A stretch of DNA of 64,000 nucleotides from Candidatus Dadabacteria bacterium (GTDB lineage Bacteria; Desulfobacterota_D; UBA1144; Nemesobacterales; Nemesobacteraceae), in NCBI GenBank assembly GCA_007571325.1, contig RKRQ01000098.1:729-64728 (forward strand), given 5' to 3'. Every line of letters begins with the position of its first letter. The stretch's first letter is position 1. The notes under the pieces were generated by a model. That model was not told the DNA's origin, made no database searches, and was given only the letters and a program-made list of their open reading frames with translations. Positions 29,279 through 39,167 of this stretch are shown piece after piece. The position numbers and the translations under genes are program-made.

Positions 29279-29302
29279 AGAATTTAATTTAAGCTCTTCG
29301 AG

Positions 29303-30358
29303 TCAGCATATGGGCTCTTCTTTTGTCATACAATGAATTGCGCCACCTCCCCACACTAGGTCAACACAGTTTATTCCGACGACATCTCTTGTGGGAAAAA
29401 GTTCTGACAATATACCAAGTGCTTCTTGATCCTTCGGATCGTCATAGGTAGGAGTGAGAATTTTTTCGTTCGAGATATAGAAATTGGCGTAAGTCGCCGG
29501 GAGTCTTTCCCCCTTAAAGAACATTGGGGAAGGCATGGGAAGAGGGACAATTTCAATTGTTCTTCCATCCTCAAATCTAAAGTCTTGGAGTATTTCAAGG
29601 TTTTTGCGAAGAAGGGAGCAGTTCGGATATCTAGGATTGTTCTCAAGGCATAAAACAACCGTTTCAGGACCGGTAAAACGGCATATACCGTCAATATGAC
29701 CGTTTGTATCATCCCCTTCTATTGCTCCGTTTAGCCAAACAACATCCGTTATGCCCAAGTATTCAGAAAATGTTTCTTCGTAGTCCTTTTTTCTAAAAGA
29801 AGGATTTCTCACTTGTTTGTCCAAGCTTAGAAGGCACTGCTTAGTCGTGATCAGGCAACCTCTTCCATTTACGTCGATACTTCCACCTTCAAGGACGATT
29901 TCTTTTCCAAAACGGGTCGGCTTCTGGGAGTCAAAACAAAGGGTTTCAGCAATGAATTTCGGAACTAGGTTATCATTTTTCCAGTCCGGGTATTTTGCCC
30001 ATCCGTTAAAGCTGAAATCAAGAACGTTAAGTTCTTTTAGATCCTTCTTTACGAAAAAAGGGCCTGAATCTCTTATCCATGACCTGTTAGTTGAGCACTC
30101 GTGAAACTCCACATTGGTTAGGTCAACCGAATCTTTTTTGAGAAAATTCTCAACCCGCTTTTGCGTTTCCCCTGGGTTAACTATTATTTTTACTTTCTCT
30201 GATGTTGAAAGGTTACTTATGATCTTGCTGTAAACCCACTTGATCTTGGAGAATTTTCCCGGCCAGTCACTTGCATTCTGCGGCCACACAATCCATGTGG
30301 CTTTGTGAGGTTCCCATTCAGCCGGAAGTCTGTAGCTAATCGTTTGAGAATCGCTCAA
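29303..30358 (-). CDS. aguA: agmatine deiminase
   Basis: 351 aa, guanidino-modifying fold, with C-terminal GGGAIHCMTKEEP (catalytic Cys) and an N-terminal RLPAEWEPH-type motif. Confidence 0.9.
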   Translation of the reverse strand: MSDSQTISYRLPAEWEPHKATWIVWPQNASDWPGKFSKIKWVYSKIISNLSTSEKVKIIVNPGETQKRVENFLKKDSVDLTNVEFHECSTNRSWIRDSGPFFVKKDLKELNVLDFSFNGWAKYPDWKNDNLVPKFIAETLCFDSQKPTRFGKEIVLEGGSIDVNGRGCLITTKQCLLSLDKQVRNPSFRKKDYEETFSEYLGITDVVWLNGAIEGDDTNGHIDGICRFTGPETVVLCLENNPRYPNCSLLRKNLEILQDFRFEDGRTIEIVPLPMPSPMFFKGERLPATYANFYISNEKILTPTYDDPKDQEALGILSELFPTRDVVGINCVDLVWGGGAIHCMTKEEPIC

Positions 30359-31257
30359 TTTCGAGTCCCGGGATCATTATCGATAAATCTTTGGCTAATC
30401 TCTGAATAGGCGTCAATTCTTCGGTCCCGAAAAAATGGCCAATTTCTTCGGGTCTCCTCAAGTTTGCGAAGGTCTATATCGGCCAGAATGATTTCTTCTC
30501 TCTTGTCTGAGGCTTCGCATACCACTACTCCTTGAGGGTCGCATACAAAGGAACTTCCCCAGAAGTCTATTCCTTCACCACTTTTCCCCGATTCTTCAAA
30601 CCCCACCCTGTTCACGGCCACGACATAGATTCCGTTTGAAATGGCATGGGCGCGTTGAACAGTTTTCCATGCTTCAAGTTGGTTGTTTTTTGAGAGTTCA
30701 TTTTCATCCGTTCTCCATCCTATGGCGGTTGGATAGAAAATAATATCTGCTCCTTTGAGCGAGACTATGCGTGAAGCTTCTGGATACCACTGATCCCAGC
30801 AGATAAGCGTTCCTATTTTCGCAAAACCGGTTTCAAAACACGAAAAACCCTTGTCTCCAGGAGTAAAATAGAATTTCTCAAAATAGCCCGGGTCATCCGG
30901 TATATGCATCTTTCTGTAAATGCCGGATATTTTTCCTGCCGGATTGATCAGGACAAGAGAGTTGTGATATATGCCGGAAGCTCTTTTTTCAAAAAGCGGG
31001 CATACGATAAAGACTCCTCTTTTTCTCGCCTCTCCACAGAATCTGTTTGTGGCTGGACCGGGTATTGACTCAGCGAAGTCAAAACAGCCTGTATCTTCTG
31101 ATTGACAGAAGTATCTTGTAAGAAAAAGCTCGGGAAGACAGACTATATTCGCTCCAAGGGACGAAGCCTTCTCTACATTTAATATTGCTTGTTTCAGATT
31201 TTCTTCTCTGTTTTTGTGGGCAACGCTCTGAACAAGTGCGATTTTAAAACTGTTCAT
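30355..31257 (-). CDS. aguB: N-carbamoylputrescine amidase (nitrilase superfamily)
   Basis: About 300 aa from MNSFKIALVQ, with CN-hydrolase E-K-C contexts (CLPELF; ICWDQWYPE). The 4-nt overlap with aguA implies an operon. Confidence 0.85.
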   Translation of the reverse strand: MNSFKIALVQSVAHKNREENLKQAILNVEKASSLGANIVCLPELFLTRYFCQSEDTGCFDFAESIPGPATNRFCGEARKRGVFIVCPLFEKRASGIYHNSLVLINPAGKISGIYRKMHIPDDPGYFEKFYFTPGDKGFSCFETGFAKIGTLICWDQWYPEASRIVSLKGADIIFYPTAIGWRTDENELSKNNQLEAWKTVQRAHAISNGIYVVAVNRVGFEESGKSGEGIDFWGSSFVCDPQGVVVCEASDKREEIILADIDLRKLEETRRNWPFFRDRRIDAYSEISQRFIDNDPGTRN

Positions 31258-31452
31258 AAAATATAGAATAACTCCCAAAGAAAAAGAATAGAAGAAGATA
31301 AGTAGGCCTTAAAACGTGAATTTTTAATCGGGCAAACAGGTTTTTGTAATCTTTTTTTGTTTCGTTTTGTCAGGCAACGTCTTGTAAAAAACTGATGGGT
31401 CGACAATTTTTTTGTTACATTTTTCATCAAACTACCTGCTCCTTGCTCTATT

Positions 31453-31482
31453 CTGACAACCAATGGCATTTAGTGGTATGAT
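31453..31482 (+). promoter_or_regulatory. possible sigma70-like promoter with extended -10
   Basis: CTGACA, 18-nt spacer, TGgTATGAT. It lies about 160 nt upstream of the TauE/SafE gene. Confidence 0.3.
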
Positions 31483-31642
31483 TTAAGAATTTGAAAGAGC
31501 ATGGAGAATATCTACAGGACACAATCATGCCGGAATGGATTCTGCCAAGTAGTGTAATCAGTTCGAGAGAGTCAATCTCAAGGGAGATAACGATTTTAAA
31601 ATTTCTTCAACTGATTTCTATTGAGGCCGGATCTGGATAAAT

Positions 31643-32404
31643 ATGTACGAATACGACTTTCTTTCTTTGGCTCTGCTTTTTTTCACGGGCGTTCTTGCGG
31701 GAGTCATAAACGTAATGGCGGGCGGTGGAAGCAGCATAGTGCTCCCCGTTCTCATATTCCTTGGAATTGATCCCACAGTTGCTAATGGAACAAACAGGGT
31801 GGCAATTCTGTTTCAGAATTTTTTTGCTATTCTTTCTTTTAGAAAAGAGGGTATTGCTGACATAAGAACGGGTATTAAGCTTGCGATTTTTACCCTTCCG
31901 GGTGTTTTATTAGGAGCTTTTGCGGCGGTAAGGGTGGGAGACGAGCTTTTCCAAAAGATACTCGCCGTCGTACTTATTTTTGTTTGTGCCTCTTTTTTCC
32001 TCAATGTTGGTTCGTTCGGAAATTTGCTCGGTGGGCGCGAAGGAAAGAGTAAGAGATGGGTTCTTTACCCAGCGCTTGTTCTCATAGGTTTTTACGGGGG
32101 TTTTATACAGGTTGGGGTGGGGCTGTTTATAATGGCCGCTCTTTACCATCTTATGGGAGCTTCCCTTGCCAAGGTAAACGTGCACAAAGTTGTTGTAGTT
32201 CTTTTTTATACTATTCCTGTGATTCTTATATTTTTTCTCAGTGGAAATATAAGCTGGTTTATCGGTGTATGTCTTGCCGCGGGGAATTCGGTCGGAGGAT
32301 GGTTTGGTGCCACATTTTCCGTAAGGGGTGGGGAAAAATATATAAGAGTGGTTCTCGTAGTTGCCGTCGGTCTTATGGCTCTTAAGCTTCTTGGGATATT
32401 CTAG
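31643..32404 (+). CDS. TauE/SafE-family anion (sulfite-type) exporter
   Basis: 253 aa, about 8 TM helices, with duplicated GGGS/PVL-type motifs (MAGGGSSIVLPVLIFLG). Confidence 0.8.
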   Translation: MYEYDFLSLALLFFTGVLAGVINVMAGGGSSIVLPVLIFLGIDPTVANGTNRVAILFQNFFAILSFRKEGIADIRTGIKLAIFTLPGVLLGAFAAVRVGDELFQKILAVVLIFVCASFFLNVGSFGNLLGGREGKSKRWVLYPALVLIGFYGGFIQVGVGLFIMAALYHLMGASLAKVNVHKVVVVLFYTIPVILIFFLSGNISWFIGVCLAAGNSVGGWFGATFSVRGGEKYIRVVLVVAVGLMALKLLGIF

Positions 32405-32418
32405 GCGCTTGTCTGATT

Positions 32419-34446
32419 TTATACTCTCATGCCGGGTAGAGGGTCTGAGGTGGTTTTTCTCAGAAATTCATAAAGTGTGTAATAGATGTTCTTATTTTGA
32501 AGGAGCTTCTGATGAGTTCCCTGTTCCACCACCTCTCCTTTGTGGATAACTATTACCTTATCCATGTTCTTTAGGGTCGAGAGCTTATGGGTTATCACAA
32601 GCCTTGTTTTGGAGCCTGTGTTTTTCTTTAGCGCTTCCTGTATTTTCCGCTCGGTTTCCACATCTAGGTGTGAAGTGGCTTCATCCATGATCAGGAATTT
32701 GGAATTTTTCCTGATAGCTTTTTCTATTGACCGGGCCTGAGTTTCTCCAGAAGAAAGTTTTTCACTTACTGATACCGTGCCGCTTGTCTCATCTCTTTCG
32801 TCTGACACGTCCTTTTCAAACAAAAACAGGTCTTGGAAAATAGAGGTTATGTTAGAGCGTACGTAATAGTTAGAAAGCTTCTCAATATTTACGCCGTTAA
32901 ACAAGATTTCTCCTTTTTGGGGTTTGTAAAATTTCAGAATGAGGTTCACTATAGTTGATTTTCCCGCCCCCGTTATTCCCACAAGAGCGGCATTTTCCCC
33001 TGGTCTTATTGAGAAGGAAGCGTCTTTAAGCACCCATTCCCTCTCGTTATATGAAAACCATACTCCTCGGAACTCAAGTGAACCTTCAACCTCTGCAGGT
33101 ACTAAAGGCCCACTTGTCTCAGGTTTTTCCGAGAGAGTTTCATATAGATTTTCAGAGGCGGCCACCGCGGACTGAAAAACATTGAATTTTTCTGAGAGCT
33201 CTTGTATAGGTTTGAATATCATCCTTACGTAGTAAAGAAATGCTATCAGGGCCCCGAGAGAGAGGTCAGAGTTTATAATTCTTATCGCTCCGTACCACAG
33301 AATTATCCCCGTTGCTGCTATGCCTACATACTCTATAGAGGGGCGGAAAATCACATAGACCCAGAGTTGCCGTATGTTGGCCCTGTAGTTCTCCCTGTTA
33401 ACTTGCCAGAATTTCTCGAAGTTTTTCTCCTCTTTTCCATAGAGCTTAAGAAGCACTATTCCCTTCAGGCTTTCCGCAACAAAAGTGTTTAGCTTGGCTA
33501 TTGTTTTTCGTATTTCTCTGTACACCAATCGGAGTTTCATCCGGAAAATCAAGACCATGAAAACCAGAAACGTTGTAAGCGCGACAATTATAAGAGTGAG
33601 ACCGACATTCATTCTGAACATGATTACCAGAGTGCCGATTATGATTATAATGTCCTTTACAAAATGTATGAGAACGGAGGTGTACATCTCATTTATGGCA
33701 TTCACGTCGTTTGTAATGCGGGTGGTTATCCTGCCCACGGGATTTCGGTCGAAGTATTGCTGGGGGAGAGAAAGTATGTGGGAGAGCGTATGGTTTCGTA
33801 TGTCGTGCATTATGCGATGGCCCGAGTAATGAAGAATGTAGTTAAATGAGGAGGTGAAAATGAAAATTCCTACAATGGATAAAAACACGTAGACAACAAG
33901 AGTCCCGAGCCTTTCTGTTTCTTTTGAGCGAAGAAGGGACACTTCGTCTTTGCTAAGCGCTGAAAGGTCTGAGTGAGCTATAAGTGAGATTTCTTCTGCT
34001 TGTTCAAACAACGAAGCGTTCCGGTCTATTATCCCGAGAATCTTCTGTTTTTCATCCCCTTTGAATTCTCTGGGGTCAATCACTATGTATTTTGTCTGCG
34101 AGAACTTTATGCCTGAGCGCTCAATTCTATCTTTCTCAGAAGAGGAAAGTTTTGAGAAATCTACTAGAAATTCTCCATTGGAAAGAGCGAGAGTGGCTTT
34201 TCCCTGAAGACCAAAGAGGATTTGTTTAGTATGCTTGCCGCTTTCCACCTTACTCCATGTGGGATAGATATGATTATCGACCGCGGTTTTAATAAGGTAT
34301 GGAACCGTTATCTCAAGCGCGGCAGTAGCGATCATAAAGAGAAACGAAAGGGCGAAGTGAATTCGGTACTTTGCCACGAATCCGAGAACCCATCCTAAAA
34401 TCTTGATATCGTAGGTTGGTTTTCTGTTTTTTTCCAAGCCGTTCAT
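32419..34446 (-). CDS. ABC exporter half-transporter (TMD-NBD), subunit with degenerate signature motif and large TM1-TM2 loop insertion
   Basis: 675 aa. Walker A GITGAGKST, Walker B LIMDEATSHLD and switch ITHKL are intact. The signature reads LSSGETQARS and the Q-loop-to-signature spacing is short. About 120 hydrophilic residues lie between TM1 and TM2. Confidence 0.85.
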   Translation of the reverse strand: MNGLEKNRKPTYDIKILGWVLGFVAKYRIHFALSFLFMIATAALEITVPYLIKTAVDNHIYPTWSKVESGKHTKQILFGLQGKATLALSNGEFLVDFSKLSSSEKDRIERSGIKFSQTKYIVIDPREFKGDEKQKILGIIDRNASLFEQAEEISLIAHSDLSALSKDEVSLLRSKETERLGTLVVYVFLSIVGIFIFTSSFNYILHYSGHRIMHDIRNHTLSHILSLPQQYFDRNPVGRITTRITNDVNAINEMYTSVLIHFVKDIIIIIGTLVIMFRMNVGLTLIIVALTTFLVFMVLIFRMKLRLVYREIRKTIAKLNTFVAESLKGIVLLKLYGKEEKNFEKFWQVNRENYRANIRQLWVYVIFRPSIEYVGIAATGIILWYGAIRIINSDLSLGALIAFLYYVRMIFKPIQELSEKFNVFQSAVAASENLYETLSEKPETSGPLVPAEVEGSLEFRGVWFSYNEREWVLKDASFSIRPGENAALVGITGAGKSTIVNLILKFYKPQKGEILFNGVNIEKLSNYYVRSNITSIFQDLFLFEKDVSDERDETSGTVSVSEKLSSGETQARSIEKAIRKNSKFLIMDEATSHLDVETERKIQEALKKNTGSKTRLVITHKLSTLKNMDKVIVIHKGEVVEQGTHQKLLQNKNIYYTLYEFLRKTTSDPLPGMRV

Positions 34447-34454
34447 TGCTTTAC

Positions 34455-36170
34455 CTAAGTCGATTGCAGTTTTTCAAGGGCGTAGTAAAGCCCGCGTTTT
34501 TCCATGAGTTCCCCATGTTTTCCAATCTCAACTATTTGCCCGTCTTTCATAACTGCTATTTGCGAGAGCCTGCTTACTGAAGACATTCTGTTTGAGATTA
34601 TAACAACCGTGCGTCCGCGCATTGCCTCGGTCACATTTGTTATAACAGTATTTTCCGTCTGTGGGTCAAGGGAGGAAAGCACGTCATCAAGTATCAGAAC
34701 CTCTGGTTTCAGTACCAACGCCCTCGCTATTGCGAGACGTTGCCTCTGTCCTCCCGAAAGACTGAGTCCCCGTTCTCCTACCACAGTTTCGAACCCTTGT
34801 TGAAATTCCATTACCTGTTCGTATATTCCCGCTGTCTTAGCCGCTTGTTCAACCTGCTCACGGGTTATTTTGGGGTTTATGAAAGTGATATTGTCATAGA
34901 TTGTTCCGCTGAACACGGTTATTTCCTGAGGCACATAGACAATGGTATCTTGGAGGCTTTTTCTCGATATCTTTTCTATTGCGGTTTCGTCAATCGTTAT
35001 GGTGCCCGACTCAATCTTGTGGACTTTTAACAACAGTTTCATCAGAGTGGTTTTCCCCGAACCGATAAGACCCGTTATTCCCAGAGTCGTTCCGCAGGGT
35101 ATGCGGAGGCTAACATTGCGCAGGGCAGGAGTAGAGCCATAAGAAAACGAAACACCGGAGAATCTTATGTCTCCCTTGAGTTCATAATCCTTTTCTTCTG
35201 TCAAAATTGCTTCTTTCGGTGCGACCGCGAAAATGTCGTTTAACCGGTTTATAGACGCGTTCCCCCTCTTTAGCAGATCGACCGCCCATCCCATGGCCAT
35301 CATGGGCCAAGCGAGCATTACTAGATAAACCAGTATGGCGGAGAACTCCCCGAGGGTTATTTCTGTACCAATCGCGCCCGCTCCGCCGAAATAAAGAAAC
35401 AAAGCCATAGCGACTGAGGGTACAAAATATATAAATGGCTGAAAGGCACCCCATATTTTCACAAGGTGCACGTTTTTCTCAAAGTAGTCTTTACTTGCGC
35501 GGTCAAAATCCCGTCTTTCCTCCCGCTCAAGTCCGAATGCCTTTACCACTTTGATTCCCGATATCGACTGCCTTGCGCTTTCAGTAAGATCAGAGAAGGA
35601 ATCTTGGGAGCGCTGAAATCTTCTTTCTATCATATTTCCAAACTTGTATATGAAGACGGCAAGTAGTGGAAACGGCAAAAAAGCGTAGAGAGCCATCTGT
35701 GGAGAGATGTAGACAATCGCGGCGAAAATGAAGAAAAACAGAAAGACTCCGTCGTAAGCTATGAGGAGGCCGAGGCCGCAGGAGAACTTAAGAGTCTCTA
35801 TATCGTTTACCGTATGCGCCATCAGGTCTCCGACCTTTCTTCCAGAAAAAAAGTCGAAGTTAAGCTTCTGCAGGTGCTCAAAGAAATCGTTTCTAAGCGA
35901 ATTCTCTATTTTTCTTGCCCCTCCCATTATGAAGTATCTCCAACCAAGTCTGAAAAGTGCCATAAGTAAGCCGAGGCCGAGTATGTAGAGCGAGTACCTG
36001 GTTATTAAAGAGAGATCTGTGCTCTGTAGCGTAAGTTCGTCTATTATCCACTGGATTACTATGGGGACTGAAAGTTGGGCTAGGTCCACCACAGTGAGAG
36101 AGGCTATACCCGTTAGAAATGAGTACTTATAGCGAAGAATTAGGGAAGAGATGCTTGTTTTTCTTAGCAA
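34455..36170 (-). CDS. ABC exporter half-transporter (TMD-NBD), subunit with non-catalytic Walker B / switch
   Basis: 571 aa. Walker A GLIGSGKTT and signature LSGGQRQRLAIARAL are canonical. Walker B reads LILDDVLSSLD (Asp for the catalytic Glu) and the switch reads IISNRMS (Asn for His). TTG start. Confidence 0.9.
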   Translation of the reverse strand: MLRKTSISSLILRYKYSFLTGIASLTVVDLAQLSVPIVIQWIIDELTLQSTDLSLITRYSLYILGLGLLMALFRLGWRYFIMGGARKIENSLRNDFFEHLQKLNFDFFSGRKVGDLMAHTVNDIETLKFSCGLGLLIAYDGVFLFFFIFAAIVYISPQMALYAFLPFPLLAVFIYKFGNMIERRFQRSQDSFSDLTESARQSISGIKVVKAFGLEREERRDFDRASKDYFEKNVHLVKIWGAFQPFIYFVPSVAMALFLYFGGAGAIGTEITLGEFSAILVYLVMLAWPMMAMGWAVDLLKRGNASINRLNDIFAVAPKEAILTEEKDYELKGDIRFSGVSFSYGSTPALRNVSLRIPCGTTLGITGLIGSGKTTLMKLLLKVHKIESGTITIDETAIEKISRKSLQDTIVYVPQEITVFSGTIYDNITFINPKITREQVEQAAKTAGIYEQVMEFQQGFETVVGERGLSLSGGQRQRLAIARALVLKPEVLILDDVLSSLDPQTENTVITNVTEAMRGRTVVIISNRMSSVSRLSQIAVMKDGQIVEIGKHGELMEKRGLYYALEKLQST

Positions 36171-36199
36171 CGGTATACGCGTAAATATTCTTGTTGGAC

Positions 36200-36232
36200 C
36201 TAAAGAACCCGGTGCTTGCCTTGGTTCTTTAG
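36200..36232. promoter_or_regulatory. perfect 10-bp inverted repeat upstream of the ABC exporter operon
   Basis: CTAAAGAACC (36200-09), 13-nt spacer, GGTTCTTTAG (36223-32). It starts 30 nt upstream of the 36170 start codon. Could be an operator or a 5'-UTR hairpin. Confidence 0.35.
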
Positions 36233-36344
36233 AATAAAAGCTAATTCTGAAATTTGAGCGGCTAGTGAACCGCCACGAATCAGTATACAGTGAAAAATCC
36301 AGGGAGGGTAATTGTCAATGCCCACAGGCGTTTTTGCTTGAGCG

Positions 36345-36995
36345 ATGATGTATAAGGTATTTTTTCATACGGAGGCAAGAAGCGTGGAGTATCTCTTCTA
36401 TAGGGTCCCTGCAGGAATAGCTACGGCACAGATGATTGTTAGGAAAAGCAGATTTGTAGCCACGGTTGGTAGTGCGGGTACAAAGCAGGAGGCTCAAGAT
36501 TTTATCGAGAATGTGAGAAATTTTCACCCTGCGGCTACTCATAATTGCTATGCATTTCTTGCCTGCGCTCCAGGCGGAACGGATACTGGTTTCGGTGACG
36601 ATGGAGAAGTGTCGGGAACTGCGGGACGACCGATGCTCACTCTCTTGGAGCACAGCAACATAGGAGAGATAGTTGCTGTCGTAAGCCGCTATTTTGGAGG
36701 AGTAAAGCTTGGTTCTGGCGGGCTTTTAAGAGCCTATACGGACTCCTTGCGGATGGCGCTTGGAGAGCTTGCACTAAAAAAACATATTCCGGTTCAGTCG
36801 GGACATCTCGTTTTCCCCTACGTGCGGGAGAATTTGATACGGATACTGTTCAAAAAATCGGGCGTTATAATAACAAATGTTGAACATGGGGAGGATGTTC
36901 GTTTCGATTTCTCAGCCCCATTTAACGTCGCTAAGAGTCTTGAGGAAAAGATTGCTTCCCTTACAAGAGGAAAATTTAAGCTTGTGTGGAGATAG
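36345..36995 (+). CDS. YigZ/IMPACT-family protein (UPF0029)
   Basis: 216 aa with KSRFVATVG, ATHNCYAF, DDGEVSGTAGRPML and SRYFGGVKLGSGGLLRAY. Confidence 0.8.
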   Translation: MMYKVFFHTEARSVEYLFYRVPAGIATAQMIVRKSRFVATVGSAGTKQEAQDFIENVRNFHPAATHNCYAFLACAPGGTDTGFGDDGEVSGTAGRPMLTLLEHSNIGEIVAVVSRYFGGVKLGSGGLLRAYTDSLRMALGELALKKHIPVQSGHLVFPYVRENLIRILFKKSGVIITNVEHGEDVRFDFSAPFNVAKSLEEKIASLTRGKFKLVWR

Positions 36996-37080
36996 GAGAG
37001 CACTCTTGGGACGGACTTTCTATTCTGATGCTTGTTCAAAGTCGGTATACTATCAATCAATTTTGCTGGCGGAGGTTTTT

Positions 37081-37593
37081 ATGAATGTTTACGAATGCGT
37101 AAGTTCCCTTAGTTCCGTAAGAAACTACACAGAGGGAGAAGTTTCCGACGAAATCATAATGAAAGTCATGGAGTCGGGAAGGTTGTCTCCAAGCGCTCAC
37201 AACAGCCAGCCATGGGAATTTGTGCTTATAAAGGACCACGGGATGCTGCAGGAAATGAGAAAATACTGCACAAGTGGCAGTTTCATAGCCCAGGTAGCTT
37301 TTGCTGTGGTGCTTTTGGTGGACCCAAAAAGCAAGTGGCATCAGATTGACGGCACCAGAGCTGCGCAGAACATGGTTTTAGTAGGTTGGAGCTATGGACT
37401 TGGATCTTGCTGGATAGGAAGGATAGAGAAAGAAGAACTTAAAAAATATCTTGGAGTGCCGGATGAACTTGATGTCCTTACAGTGCTTCCATTTGGCTAC
37501 TTTGATAAAAGGCGAGTCATTACGGAGAAGTTCAGGAAAAATCCAGACGAGGTTTTTCATCTAAATGGTTATGGAACAAGGATTTCCCGGTAA
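37081..37593 (+). CDS. nitroreductase-family protein
   Basis: 170 aa from the ATG at 37081: SVRNYT..., RLSPSAHNSQPWEFVLI. The track's 36877 start overlaps the YigZ gene and was trimmed. Confidence 0.8.
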   Translation: MNVYECVSSLSSVRNYTEGEVSDEIIMKVMESGRLSPSAHNSQPWEFVLIKDHGMLQEMRKYCTSGSFIAQVAFAVVLLVDPKSKWHQIDGTRAAQNMVLVGWSYGLGSCWIGRIEKEELKKYLGVPDELDVLTVLPFGYFDKRRVITEKFRKNPDEVFHLNGYGTRISR

Positions 37594-37651
37594 GGAGTTT
37601 GTCAAGATTTTTGCGTAGAGAATGTAAAAGCGGACTGACGGAGGATTTTGA

Positions 37652-38272
37652 ATGAAAAAATATTTTGTTGAATTCATAGGCACTTTTTTTCTCGTCTTCA
37701 CTATAGGAACCGTAGTAATTGCCCCTGGAATCGGGCTCTTCGCACCTCTGGCCATAGGAGCCGTGCTGACTGCGATGATCTACGCTGGCGGACATATCTC
37801 GGGAGCTCACTATAACCCAGCAGTAACGCTGGCAGTGTGGTTCAGGGGGAAAATAAACTCAGGGGATGTTTTTCCCTATATCATCACACAGATCATAGCC
37901 GCAGCAGTAGCTGCACTAGCCGTTCTGTTTATAAAGGGCAATCCGGAGTCGCCGATGGAAATATCAGCCCTCCCCGCCATTGTTGCCGAAATACTTTTTA
38001 CATTTGCTCTATGCCTTGTAATACTTGAAGTCGCAACTTCGGAAACGACTCGAGGCAATTCCTATTATGGTATTGCCATAGGATTTACGGTTATGGCCGG
38101 AGCGTACGCTGTCGGGAGTGTCTCTGGAGGCGTTTTCAATCCCGCAGTGGCGGTGGGAATAACCATAATGGGGATATCAGCTCCTTCTTCCATATGGATT
38201 TACCTTTTTGCGAATATCATCGGAGGATTTCTCGCGGCGGCGATTTATAAATTAATTCATTCAGACGACTGA
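37652..38272 (+). CDS. MIP-family channel (aquaporin-like)
   Basis: 206 aa, six TM helices, two NPA boxes (HYNPAVT, FNPAVAV). Confidence 0.9.
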   Translation: MKKYFVEFIGTFFLVFTIGTVVIAPGIGLFAPLAIGAVLTAMIYAGGHISGAHYNPAVTLAVWFRGKINSGDVFPYIITQIIAAAVAALAVLFIKGNPESPMEISALPAIVAEILFTFALCLVILEVATSETTRGNSYYGIAIGFTVMAGAYAVGSVSGGVFNPAVAVGITIMGISAPSSIWIYLFANIIGGFLAAAIYKLIHSDD

Positions 38273-38313
38273 CCTAGCGATGTATATTCATATAAGTGCG
38301 TGAACTTCGCCAT

Positions 38314-39093
38314 ATGAACTTCAAGAGGCTTGGAAACACTGGAGTTTTAGTTCCGGAGATAGGACTGGGCACGTGGAACTACAAAGGAGGGGTCAAACCT
38401 CTTAGAGCAGGTATCGAACTTGGTGCCTTGCTTATAGACACTGCCGAAGGGTACTACACAGAAGATATAGTCGGCGAAGCAGTACTGCCCTTTCGAGACG
38501 AGGTTATCATAGCCACTAAGGTTTCGGGAAGAAATCTTGCCCATGACAGCGTTCTTAGATCATGTGAGACGAGTCTAAGGAAGCTTCGCACAGACTGCAT
38601 AGACCTTTACCAGATACACTGGCCGAATCCCGTTTACCCTATAGACAAGACGATGAGTGCGATTGAGAAGCTGGTTGACCGTGGATGTGTGAGCTATGTA
38701 GGAGTGAGCAATTTTTCCGTTGAGCAGATAGAAGAGGCACAGCACTATTTTCCTAATTATCCAATAGTTTCAAACCAAGTGCTCTACAATCTTAACTCAA
38801 GAGATATAGAAAAAGATTTGCTTCCCTACTGTTGTGATAACAACATAACGGTGATGGCTTACACTCCACTTGATTTTGGAAGACTTTGTCGCTTAGATAG
38901 CGGAGTCTTATCCATTATAGCGGCCGAGACGGGGAAGACAGAAGCTCAAGTCGCCCTTAACTGGTGCGTTTGCCGAGAGAACGTTATTGCAATTCCCAAG
39001 GCGGATTCAGTTGCGAAAACAGTTGAAAACTGCGGGGCTTCTGGTTGGAGACTTTCCGCAGAGCAGCTTCGCAGGCTGGATAAGGCTTTCTGA
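38314..39093 (+). CDS. aldo/keto reductase
   Basis: About 259 aa from MNFKRLGNTG, with IDTAEGY, LYQIHWP and GVSNF motifs. Confidence 0.85.
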   Translation: MNFKRLGNTGVLVPEIGLGTWNYKGGVKPLRAGIELGALLIDTAEGYYTEDIVGEAVLPFRDEVIIATKVSGRNLAHDSVLRSCETSLRKLRTDCIDLYQIHWPNPVYPIDKTMSAIEKLVDRGCVSYVGVSNFSVEQIEEAQHYFPNYPIVSNQVLYNLNSRDIEKDLLPYCCDNNITVMAYTPLDFGRLCRLDSGVLSIIAAETGKTEAQVALNWCVCRENVIAIPKADSVAKTVENCGASGWRLSAEQLRRLDKAF

Positions 39094-39167
39094 TCTCGTG
39101 GTTTTAGCTTCACGTTATGTGATATACTTAAAAGATTAGCGTGGGATTAAAAGGAGGAGTGTTTGTG

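Noticed and set aside
31254-31469. 71-aa minus-strand ORF upstream of aguB.
   Set aside because: It overlaps the aguB start region, has a Lys/Phe-rich low-complexity sequence, no SD, and no recognisable family.
36877-37080. Long form of the nitroreductase ORF overlapping the yigZ-like gene by 119 nt.
   Set aside because: Nitroreductase family similarity begins at MNVYECVSSL (ATG at 37081). The upstream residues are an alternate-frame reading of the YigZ C-terminus.
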